The translations under genes and the position numbers were made by a program. A stretch of 14,466 bases of DNA from Archangium sp. (GTDB lineage: Bacteria; Myxococcota; Myxococcia; Myxococcales; Myxococcaceae): NCBI GenBank assembly GCA_031367385.1, contig JANLPS010000329.1, forward strand, positions 1 to 14,466, in the 5' to 3' direction. The notes below the pieces were generated by a model, which saw nothing but the letters and a program-made list of their open reading frames with translations, had not been told where the DNA came from and ran no database searches. Below, piece after piece: positions 1 through 7,232 of the stretch. Position 1 is the stretch's first letter; the number at the start of each line of letters is the position of its first letter.

Positions 1-1955
1 TTGATCAGCGACGACTTGCCTGCGCCAGAGACGCCGGTGATCGCGGTGAACACGCCGAGCGGTATCGTCACGTCGATGTTCTGGAGGTTGTTCTCTTTCG
101 CGCCGGTGATCACGATCTTCGACTTGCCCAGCGGCCGCCGCTTCTCGGGCACTTCGATCTCTTCACGCCCCGACAAGAACGCGCCGGTCGAGCTCTTCGG
201 GTTCGCCATCACCTGCTTCGGGGTGCCCGCCGCAACCACCGACCCGCCCAGCTCTCCCGCGCCGGGGCCGAAGTCGACGAGGTAATCAGACTCCTCCATC
301 GTCTCTTCGTCGTGCTCGACCACGATGACGGTGTTGCCCAGGTCGCGCAGCTTCTTGAGCGTGCCGATCAACCGGCCATTGTCTCGCTGGTGCAGGCCGA
401 TGCTCGGCTCGTCGAGAATGTAGATGACGCCGGTCAGCTCGGAGCCCATCTGCGAGGCAAGGCGAATGCGCTGGCTCTCTCCACCCGACAAGGTCGACGC
501 CGATCGCTCGAGCGTCAAGTAGGTCAGGCCCACGTCGGCCAAGAAGCTCAAGCGGCTGCGAATCTCTTTGAGCAGCTCGGCGGCGATGGTCGCCTCGTTC
601 TTCGAGAGCGGCAGGTCGCCCAAGAAGGTCAGCGCCTCGGCGATGGTCAAGCGCGACAAACCGACGATTGAGTTGCCGTGCACTTTGACGGCGCGCGACT
701 CGGGCCGCAGGCGTTCGCCGCTGCAAACAGGGCAGGGCTTGTCGCTCAAAAACTTCATGTAGTACTGCTTTTGCGACTCGCTCGAGGTGCTGGTGAAGCT
801 GCGCATCAGCTTGTTGACGAGCCCCTCCCACTCCATCTTCCACCGGGCGTCGCCCCACTTCATGCTGATCTCTTTGCCGCCGGCGCCGTAGAGCAGCACG
901 TCGCGTTGCTTCTGCGGCAGCTTCTCCCAGGGGGTCTCGAGGTCGATGTCGTAGACCTTGGCCAACGAGTCGACGAGATCCATCGTCCACCCTTCGCCGC
1001 GGGCCACGCCTGACGCCCAGATCTCGACCGCGCCGTCTTTGATCGACCGGGTCTTGTCGGGCACGATCAAATCGGGGTCCATCTCCGGTTTGGTGCCCAG
1101 GCCCGAGCACTCGGTGCACATGCCCAGCGGGTTGTTGAAGCTGAAGCTCGCCGGAGTCGTCTCGGGAAAAGAGAGCCCGCAGTGATGGCACGCATTGAGC
1201 TCGCTCATCGGGCGATCGGCGCTCTTCGCGGCCCCCTCGTCGGTGACGATCAACACGCCTTTGCCTTCGCGCAGCGCGTTCTCGACCGAGTCGGTCAGGC
1301 GCGACTTGATGTCGGGCTTGAGCACCAGGCGGTCGATGATCAGCTCGACGTCGTGCTTGCTCTTCTTGTCGAGATCGAACTTCTCTTCGAGCGAACGCAC
1401 TTTGCCGTCGACGCGCGCGCGTGAGTACCCGCGTTTCTGCGCCTCGATCAGCACGTCTTTGTGCTCGCCTTTGCGGTTGACGATGATCGGCGCGAGCAGC
1501 TGCACCTTGCTGCCGGCGGGCAGCTTCAAGATCTCTTCGACGATTTGCTGGGCGCTCTGCTTGCCGACCTTGCGGCCGCAGTTGTGGCAGTGCTGAATGC
1601 CGATGTTCGCGTAGAGCACGCGCAGGTAGTCGTGCACCTCGGTGACGGTGCCGACGGTCGAGCGCGGGTTGTTCGAAGCCGCCTTCTGCTCGATCGAAAT
1701 CGTCGGAGAGAGCCCGCGAATCGTGTCGTACTTGGGCTTCTCCATCTGCCCCAAGAATTGCCGCGCGTAGGCCGAGAGCGACTCGACGTACCGGCGCTGG
1801 CCCTCGGCGTAGAGCGTGTCGAAGGCGAGCGAGCTCTTGCCCGAGCCAGAAACGCCCGTAAAGACGACCAATTTCTTCTTGGGTATGTCGAGCGTCACGC
1901 CCTTGAGGTTGTGCTCTCGGGCACCGCGCACTGAAATGAAGTCGGGTTCGGCCAT
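1..1955 (-). CDS. uvrA: Excinuclease ABC subunit A (UvrA), 5' part; continues beyond the left edge of the window
   Basis: Manual translation from ATG at 1955: MAEPDFISVRGAREHNLKGVTLDIP...FTGVSGSGKSSLAFDTLYAEGQRRYVESLSAYARQFLGQM (Walker A 1), zinc-finger Cys pairs CHNC/CHHC and CTEC/CPVC, signature TLSGGESQRIRLASQMGS, YILDEPSIGLHQRDN, VVEHDEET, and second Walker A ITGVSGAGKSSLI at the window edge. The start codon and the edge motif are in the same frame. Confidence 0.98.
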   Translation of the reverse strand, partial: MAEPDFISVRGAREHNLKGVTLDIPKKKLVVFTGVSGSGKSSLAFDTLYAEGQRRYVESLSAYARQFLGQMEKPKYDTIRGLSPTISIEQKAASNNPRSTVGTVTEVHDYLRVLYANIGIQHCHNCGRKVGKQSAQQIVEEILKLPAGSKVQLLAPIIVNRKGEHKDVLIEAQKRGYSRARVDGKVRSLEEKFDLDKKSKHDVELIIDRLVLKPDIKSRLTDSVENALREGKGVLIVTDEGAAKSADRPMSELNACHHCGLSFPETTPASFSFNNPLGMCTECSGLGTKPEMDPDLIVPDKTRSIKDGAVEIWASGVARGEGWTMDLVDSLAKVYDIDLETPWEKLPQKQRDVLLYGAGGKEISMKWGDARWKMEWEGLVNKLMRSFTSTSSESQKQYYMKFLSDKPCPVCSGERLRPESRAVKVHGNSIVGLSRLTIAEALTFLGDLPLSKNEATIAAELLKEIRSRLSFLADVGLTYLTLERSASTLSGGESQRIRLASQMGSELTGVIYILDEPSIGLHQRDNGRLIGTLKKLRDLGNTVIVVEHDEETMEESDYLVDFGPGAGELGGSVVAAGTPKQVMANPKSSTGAFLSGREEIEVPEKRRPLGKSKIVITGAKENNLQNIDVTIPLGVFTAITGVSGAGKSSLI

Positions 1956-2004
1956 GGGGTCGCTCTCTTTAGCCGCTGATAGGCAGGCGCGCCTCGAATT
2001 GATA

Positions 2005-2021
2005 CCGAACACCTGTTCAGG
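2005..2021. promoter_or_regulatory. LexA-binding site (SOS box), myxobacterial type
   Basis: CCGAACACCTGTTCAGG has a GAAC-N4-GTTC palindromic core and matches 16/17 positions of the Myxococcus xanthus LexA consensus as I recall it (CTRHAMRYBYGTTCAGS). It lies about 50 bp upstream of the uvrA start, a classic SOS gene. Confidence 0.85.
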
Positions 2022-2100
2022 TTGGTAGCAAAAACACCATCGAACGGTCAGACGCTTGAGGCCCTTTACCTCGTGCCCCGGTCAGAGAGAGAGTGCGGCC

Positions 2101-2877
2101 GTGAACGAGGCCCCTCGGCTCTTCGAGCTCCGCACAGAGACGCAGTCGCTGGGAGCGCCCGGTGCGCTGGCGGTCGCGTCGCATCTCGCGGTGCTGGCGT
2201 TGATCGCCGCCCTGGGCGCGCGTGAGAGCGAGAACCCTCGGGCGCCGGCTCCAGAATACGAAGAGGTCGTGTTCAGAACGCCGCCCAAGCGCAAGCCGAT
2301 GCCCAAGCTCGAGAGTGGTGGTTCTGGTGTCGCCACCGGGGCGCCCGAGGCCACCGCCAAGCGGCGTGAGCTTCGCGCACCCAAAGAGATGCCAGCTCCG
2401 CCATCGACCGAGCCGGTGCTCGGAGAGATCGTCTCGCTCGAGAAGTTCGCCACCCCGGTCGACGTGCCCGACAGCGACTCCGAAGACAGCGATGGCGTTG
2501 AAGATCAAGGCCCGGCGCTGGGCAGCGGCGGCGATGGTCATGGCAGCGGCTTCGGTTCAGGCTCGGCGTCAGGCTCGGGTTTCGGCCGCGGCGCGATGAG
2601 CCCTCGCTCGAAGGCGCGGCGTGCCTGGTTCACCACCAACCAGTGGAAGTGCGAGCGGCCCGATCGCCAAGAAAAAGCGGGGCGGGTGATGGTTCGGGTG
2701 CGGGTGACCGTTCAGCCTGACGGCAGACCCAGCCGGGTGGTCATCGTTCAACCGGGTGCCGAGATCTTCGACCTCCGCGCGATGCAGTGCGCCACGGCCG
2801 AAGACTATGTCTCCGCGCTCGACGAAGACGGCACGCCCATGGTCGGCGTCGCCGAATTTGCGATTCAATTTCTGTAA
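2101..2877 (+). CDS. TonB-like energy-transducer protein (TM anchor, Pro/Gly-Ser linker, TonB C-terminal-like domain), copy 1
   Basis: N-terminal hydrophobic helix with His (LAVASHLAVLALIAALG), Pro/Lys-rich and Gly-Ser-rich linker, C-terminal RVMVRVRVTVQPDGRPSRVVIV...FDLRAMQCA...ALDEDGTPMVG...IQF resembling TonB_C. GTG 2101 preferred over TTG 2056: purine-rich GAGAGAGAG upstream, and RLFE aligns with MFE of the paralogue at 7825. Confidence 0.75.
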   Translation: MNEAPRLFELRTETQSLGAPGALAVASHLAVLALIAALGARESENPRAPAPEYEEVVFRTPPKRKPMPKLESGGSGVATGAPEATAKRRELRAPKEMPAPPSTEPVLGEIVSLEKFATPVDVPDSDSEDSDGVEDQGPALGSGGDGHGSGFGSGSASGSGFGRGAMSPRSKARRAWFTTNQWKCERPDRQEKAGRVMVRVRVTVQPDGRPSRVVIVQPGAEIFDLRAMQCATAEDYVSALDEDGTPMVGVAEFAIQFL

Positions 2878-2968
2878 TGAGCCCCCGCCAAGACCGATTG
2901 GAAGCTCGCGAAGCAGCTGGTGCTCGAGAGCTCTCGGTCGCGATCGGTATCGGAGGCTGCGAGCGGAG

Positions 2969-2998
2969 GTTCCCATTCTGAGCGGGTTGGCCGGTACC
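2969..2998 (+). promoter_or_regulatory. Putative ECF-sigma promoter, copy 1 (autoregulatory, upstream of the sigma gene)
   Basis: GTTCCC-ATTCTGAGCGGGTT-GGCCGGTACC; same bipartite motif and spacing as at 5838-5867 and 7196-7225; ends 16 nt before GTG 3015. Confidence 0.75.
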
Positions 2999-3014
2999 TG
3001 TTGAAAGAGCGCGC

Positions 3015-3515
3015 GTGCAACCCGACGAGTTGGCTGAAATCTTCAGGCGGTACGGCTACTTCGTGCAACGTCGTTGCACCTTGCTGCTCGGCAATTCGGC
3101 CGATGCTGAAGACGTCACCCAAGAGGTGTTCATGCGGGTGCAGCGGTATTCGTCGAGTCTGACGGCTCCGGTGACCTTGTCGTGGCTGTACGCGATCGCC
3201 GCTCGATGTTGCTTCGATCGCGCGCAGCAACGCCAACGCCAGACGCCGGTCGAGCACTCGGCACTCGAGGCGCTCGCTGGTTCATCTGCCCCGCCGCCTG
3301 AGCGCGCGTTGGTGGGCCAACTGCTGCGGAGCATGGATCGGAAGACGAGCGAGATCGCCATTCTCCACCACGTCGAAGGGTGGACGCAGGAAGAAATCGC
3401 CGCCCACACCGGGTATTCGCGAAAGACGATTGGGAAAAAATTGTCACTGTTTTCACAGACCTTCAAAGATGCGTGGCAACGCCTGAGCGCCGTGCGGCGG
3501 GAGGTCGGGTCATGA
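3015..3515 (+). CDS. ECF-family (group 4) RNA polymerase sigma-70 factor
   Basis: 166 aa; region 2 motif LLGNSADAEDVTQEVFMRV...SWLYAIAARCCFD; region 4 HTH HHVEGWTQEEIAAHTGYSRKTIGKKL; stop overlaps the next start (ATGA 3512-3515). Confidence 0.93.
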   Translation: MQPDELAEIFRRYGYFVQRRCTLLLGNSADAEDVTQEVFMRVQRYSSSLTAPVTLSWLYAIAARCCFDRAQQRQRQTPVEHSALEALAGSSAPPPERALVGQLLRSMDRKTSEIAILHHVEGWTQEEIAAHTGYSRKTIGKKLSLFSQTFKDAWQRLSAVRREVGS

Positions 3516-4258
3516 GCGCCATCGAGCCTCCGGTGCGCCGCGAGGGGTGCCCGCCCGCGGGGCAACTCGAGTTTCTGGCCGCAGGTGACGCCGTGCCCGC
3601 CACTGTCACCGCGCATCTGCAGGCGTGCGAGACGTGCGCGAGCTACGTGACCGGTCTTCGCGGCGAGCAAGTCGCGTACGCCCTCGCGCACCCGCCCGAG
3701 CTGATGGCCCGAAAGCTCGCTCGTCGGAGCGACGCCGCGCGACGGCAACGGTGGCTCTGGGTCGGTACCTTCGCATTGGTGACGTTGTCGCTGGTGCTTG
3801 GCGTCTCGTTGTGGAGACCGAACGAGCCCGCCTTCACCCTGAAAGGCGGCAGTGGTTTCTCGGTCTATGTGAGCACGCCATCGAGCCCGGCCCCGCGCCC
3901 GGTGCCTTCGGGAGCCCGGGTTTCCCCTGGCGACGTGTTGCGTTTTCAGTTCACCTCGAAGCAGTCTGGCTACCTGATGATTGTCGACCTCGATGGCGCC
4001 GAGCGCCTGACTGCTTTTCACCCGTACCGAGGGCAGCAGGCGGTCGCGATTCGAGGGGGCGAGGTGCATTCACCCGAAGAGCGCATCGAGCTCGACTCGA
4101 GCCCCGGGGCCGAGCGGGTGGTCGCGATCTTCAAGCCGACGCCATTCAGTCTTGCCGACGTGACAGCCTGGCTTGGCACGCGCCAGGGCACCCCCGGCAT
4201 ACCCCTGCTTGAGTGCGGCGATTGCACCGCGCAGTGGGTCGTTCTCGAGAAACCATGA
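3512..4258 (+). CDS. Transmembrane zinc-binding anti-sigma factor (zf-HC2/ZAS, TM helix, DUF4384-like extracytoplasmic domain)
   Basis: From ATG 3512: HxxxCxxC motif (AHLQACETCASY), TM helix (WLWVGTFALVTLSLVLGVSLW), then LKGG...VSPGDVLRFQFTSKQSGYLMIVDLDGAERLTAFHP...IELDSSPGAERVVAIF, typical of DUF4384-like domains. ATGA overlaps with both neighbours. Confidence 0.85.
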   Translation: MSAIEPPVRREGCPPAGQLEFLAAGDAVPATVTAHLQACETCASYVTGLRGEQVAYALAHPPELMARKLARRSDAARRQRWLWVGTFALVTLSLVLGVSLWRPNEPAFTLKGGSGFSVYVSTPSSPAPRPVPSGARVSPGDVLRFQFTSKQSGYLMIVDLDGAERLTAFHPYRGQQAVAIRGGEVHSPEERIELDSSPGAERVVAIFKPTPFSLADVTAWLGTRQGTPGIPLLECGDCTAQWVVLEKP

Positions 4259-5829
4259 CCCGTTGGCTCGCGCTCATCGTCTTCGCGACCGCCGCGCAGG
4301 CCGCCGAGCCGACGCGGTTGCTGCTCGCCATCGGCAGCAATGTGGGAGCAGGCGATGACACGCCGCTGCGCTACGCGAATGTCGATGCCACCCGGTTTCG
4401 AGACGTGATGATCGAGCTCGGGTCGGTCAAGCCGTCACGGGCCTACCTGCTCGAGAACGCCACCGCCGATGAAGTTCGCGCGGCGCTGCGAGAGATCAAG
4501 GGCCGGGCCGCTGAGCTCGGCGCGGCGGGCTCGGAGGTGACGCTGTTCTTGTACGTGTCGTCGCATGCCAAGGCGGGTGCGCTGCGACTCAATGACAGCA
4601 CCTTGCCGCTCGACGAGCTGCGCGCGCTGGCCGCGGCCATCACCGCTCCGCTGCGCGTCTTGATTCTCGACACGTGTGAGAGCGGAGCCGCGGCCCGCGC
4701 CAAAGGTGGCCGCCTCGTCTCGGGGTATTCAGTCGAGCTCGAACGGCTGCCGCTGCACGGAGAAGTGCTGATCTCCTCCAGTGGCCCCGAAGAGGCCTCG
4801 GAGGAGTGGGATGCCCTGGGCGGCTCGCTGTTCACCCACCATCTGCTGACTGGCCTTCGCGGCGACGCCGATGCCGAAGCCGATGGCCGGGTCACGCTCA
4901 ATGAGGCGTACACGTATACCTACCGGCGCACCGTGAGCGCGTCGGCGCGGGGCGCACAGCACCCGATGGCCGACATCGATGTCTCTGGCAGTGGCGAGCT
5001 CACCTTGACCGAGCCGCTGCGCACCGGGAGCGCCGTGCTTCTCCCCGCTGCCAGCGAGGGCCGCTACGTCATCGCCAGCCAGCCGCGACCCACCGTGCTG
5101 CTCGAGGTCGACAAGAAGGCAGGCCGGGAGCTGCGCCTCGCGGTGCCTTCGGGGCGCTACCTCGTTCGCAAGCGGCTCAATGAGGCGGTGGGCCTGCTCG
5201 AAATCGACCTCCCCTATGGAGGTCAAGCGACGGTCGATGACGCGCAGCTGGTCAAACGCAGCTACGCCGAGGTGGCGATCAAAGGCGGCAGCGTCGAGCT
5301 TCGAGCCAACGCCCTCTTCGTCATGGGCATCGTGTCCAGTCCGCCGGTGGCAGGCACTCCCGCCAGTGGCCGCGTTGGGCTCGCCTACCGCCACACCTTT
5401 GGCGAATGGTGGGTTGGGGCGAGTGTGAGCGGCGGCCTCAGCGGCTACGACGGCGTGCAACTGCGAATCAGCGAGCGCACCGTGCTGAGCGAAATCAGCG
5501 GTGGGTACCGATACTTGCGGTGGCCCGTGGTGCCCTACGTGGGCCTGGGCCTGCGGTGGTGGTTGGTCGATCAATCATTCATTCGCGAAAATGAAGCGCA
5601 GCTGCAGCGGGTGTTCGGCGTCTCGGCGCTCCCCAACCGCACAGCCAATGGCTTGGGCCCCTCGCTGACCCTGGGCGTCGAGATACCATTGCCGTGGCGG
5701 TTGACCGCGTTGCTTCAAGGCGCTGCCCAAGTCATTGAACTGGCGGTCGAGCGCGATGGCCAGGCCGCGCCGGGCTCGCCCTGGTCGGTGGGCCTCAACG
5801 CCGCGGTGCTGGTCGGAGCGAGATTTTGA
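4255..5829 (+). CDS. Exported caspase-family (peptidase C14) protein with central beta-sandwich and C-terminal probable outer-membrane beta-barrel
   Basis: From ATG 4255: signal peptide MTRWLALIVFATAAQA; C14 motifs LLAIGSN, LRYANVDA, LFLYVSSH (His codon 4564-4566), LILDTCESG (Cys codon 4675-4677), GGSLFTHHLLTGLRG, DGRVTLNEAY; PEGA-like LAVPSGRYLV; C-terminal alternating-pattern strands (VGLAYRHTF, ISGGYRY, VPYVGLGLRW, LTLGVEIPL) ending in VLVGARF with terminal Phe. Confidence 0.85.
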   Translation: MTRWLALIVFATAAQAAEPTRLLLAIGSNVGAGDDTPLRYANVDATRFRDVMIELGSVKPSRAYLLENATADEVRAALREIKGRAAELGAAGSEVTLFLYVSSHAKAGALRLNDSTLPLDELRALAAAITAPLRVLILDTCESGAAARAKGGRLVSGYSVELERLPLHGEVLISSSGPEEASEEWDALGGSLFTHHLLTGLRGDADAEADGRVTLNEAYTYTYRRTVSASARGAQHPMADIDVSGSGELTLTEPLRTGSAVLLPAASEGRYVIASQPRPTVLLEVDKKAGRELRLAVPSGRYLVRKRLNEAVGLLEIDLPYGGQATVDDAQLVKRSYAEVAIKGGSVELRANALFVMGIVSSPPVAGTPASGRVGLAYRHTFGEWWVGASVSGGLSGYDGVQLRISERTVLSEISGGYRYLRWPVVPYVGLGLRWWLVDQSFIRENEAQLQRVFGVSALPNRTANGLGPSLTLGVEIPLPWRLTALLQGAAQVIELAVERDGQAAPGSPWSVGLNAAVLVGARF

Positions 5830-5837
5830 AAATGCGC

Positions 5838-5867
5838 GTTCTCATCGATCGGGTCGAGGCCGGTACC
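5838..5867 (+). promoter_or_regulatory. Putative ECF-sigma promoter, copy 2
   Basis: GTTCTC-ATCGATCGGGTCGA-GGCCGGTACC in the 44-bp gap after the caspase gene; ends 6 nt before ATG 5874. Confidence 0.7.
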
Positions 5868-5873
5868 TTGGGC

Positions 5874-7187
5874 ATGAAAAAACAACGCATCAGCCTGGTG
5901 TTTGCATTGGTCGCGCTCAGCGCTTGCCCGACCGCGGTGGTCGACCCTCACTACAAAGGCGCTCCAGTGGCGTCGCTCAAGGGGCAGCTCTCGTTGGCGC
6001 AGGGGGTTGAGGCGCCGAACAACATTCGGCTCGCAGTCGTTTGGTACAAGAGCTTTCTCGAGCTGACCCAACCCGACAGCATCGTCACCCAAGACGTAGC
6101 GTACCGGGGCACCTTCCCCGCGAACTTCACGTTCGATTTCTTCGGCGTGCCGCCCACCGAGGCGTTGAAGCCGACCCGAGATGGCCGGGGCCAGCAGGCG
6201 TACGGCGTGCTGGTGGCCTACGAAGACTCGAATGGAGACGGCCGGCTCGACCCCACCGACCCCTTCGATGACGGCGGCGTCAGCAACGACCGGCTCTTCG
6301 GAGCGACGGCCTCGTACTTCGATCTCCAGGCGACCTCGTATGCGATTCAGTACATCGACGTCGAGCCGACGATCGAGGGCCGAGAATGGCCCGAAGGCTC
6401 GAAGAAGGGGTTCAACCTCATCTCGAGCACGCCAGATGCCAATGGCCGCGTGTACTCGAAAGTGCTGCCCTTCGACTCGTCGATACCCCTGGTGTTGACG
6501 GGCGAGAACGAGCTGGTCGCGCTGATCTGCCAAGGTGATTTCTTCAACGGCGAGTCGTCGCCGAACCCGATCGAGGTCTGCAAGCACCCGGCGACCCCCA
6601 ATGTGTTGCGGGCCCTGGGCAGCTTCAAGCGCAAGTACACCGATGACGAGACGAGCGGCGAGTTGGTGACGACTGACAGCACGGGCGTGTCGCTCTCTGA
6701 CGGCAAGTCGTACGTGAACAACGCGACGGTCACCGTGAATGGTCAGCTGGCCGGGCCCAGCAGCGATGGCTACTACCGGTCTTCGGCCGCGCTGACGCCG
6801 GGTGCGCTCAACACCATCGTGATCAACGCGCCGGGCTTCGCCGTGAAGACCATCAGCCTGGTGATGCCCGATCAGAAGCCGCTGCTGTCGCCGCTGCGTG
6901 GTTCGAAGCTCAAGACCGGCTCGAGCATGAAGATCGAATGGCCGCAGGCGACGCCGCTGGGCAGGCGGTTGGTCTACGTGGTGTCAGACGATTTCTCAGC
7001 CGACTTGGCGCTCCTCAACACGGCGACGGGCAACACCGACGTCACCTTCGGCGAGACTGGCCCGCTCGTGTATGTCGGCAATGCGCTGGTCGTGATGAAA
7101 TCGTACGGCCCCAACACCTCAGATCGCTTCGGCACCTACTTCAGCACTTCGGTCACGCAGGAGCGCAGTTTCGAGCTCACGCCGTAG
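5874..7187 (+). CDS. Putative lipoprotein (437 aa), beta-rich, with a DxNxDG calcium-binding-type loop
   Basis: ATG 5874 gives a clean signal peptide II, MKKQRISLVFALVALSA-C. Motif YEDSNGDGRLD; Thr/Ser/Val-rich beta-type C-terminal half; strong GC3 codon bias. The longer ORF-track start (5826) would bury the signal peptide and overlap the promoter motif. Confidence 0.8.
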   Translation: MKKQRISLVFALVALSACPTAVVDPHYKGAPVASLKGQLSLAQGVEAPNNIRLAVVWYKSFLELTQPDSIVTQDVAYRGTFPANFTFDFFGVPPTEALKPTRDGRGQQAYGVLVAYEDSNGDGRLDPTDPFDDGGVSNDRLFGATASYFDLQATSYAIQYIDVEPTIEGREWPEGSKKGFNLISSTPDANGRVYSKVLPFDSSIPLVLTGENELVALICQGDFFNGESSPNPIEVCKHPATPNVLRALGSFKRKYTDDETSGELVTTDSTGVSLSDGKSYVNNATVTVNGQLAGPSSDGYYRSSAALTPGALNTIVINAPGFAVKTISLVMPDQKPLLSPLRGSKLKTGSSMKIEWPQATPLGRRLVYVVSDDFSADLALLNTATGNTDVTFGETGPLVYVGNALVVMKSYGPNTSDRFGTYFSTSVTQERSFELTP

Positions 7188-7195
7188 CGATTCGA

Positions 7196-7225
7196 GTTCC
7201 CCTGCTGCCGGGGTTGGCCGGTACC
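7196..7225 (+). promoter_or_regulatory. Putative ECF-sigma promoter, copy 3
   Basis: GTTCCC-CTGCTGCCGGGGTT-GGCCGGTACC in the 45-bp intergenic gap; shares a 15-nt identical run GGGTTGGCCGGTACC with copy 1; ends 7 nt before ATG 7233. Confidence 0.75.
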
Positions 7226-7232
7226 AGTCGTC

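Noticed and set aside
1..1934. Many plus-strand ORFs (1-285, 312-671, 678-1013, 1195-1596, 1461-1934 and others) and the minus-strand 286-1191 ORF
   Set aside because: Antisense or off-frame shadows of uvrA, expected in GC-rich DNA; no recognisable motifs.
2521..2592. Gly/Ser codon repeats (GGCAGCGGC, GGCTCG) here and at about 8175-8237
   Set aside because: Low-complexity linkers within the TonB-like proteins, not a DNA repeat array or CRISPR.
2925..2936. Perfect 12-bp palindrome CGAGAGCTCTCG upstream of the ECF promoter
   Set aside because: Single occurrence, and CTCGAG/GAGCTC-type words are very frequent in this sequence; cannot support an operator call.
2877..2981. 34-codon ORF (MSPRQDRLE...RRFPF) coupled by TAATG to the TonB-like stop
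   Set aside because: No recognisable features and it overlaps the putative -35 element; likely chance.
3762..3769. Other GGTACC sites (3764, 5504, 8547, 10149) as extra promoter copies
   Set aside because: None has the GTTCYC element at the right distance on either strand, and they lie within coding or remnant sequence.
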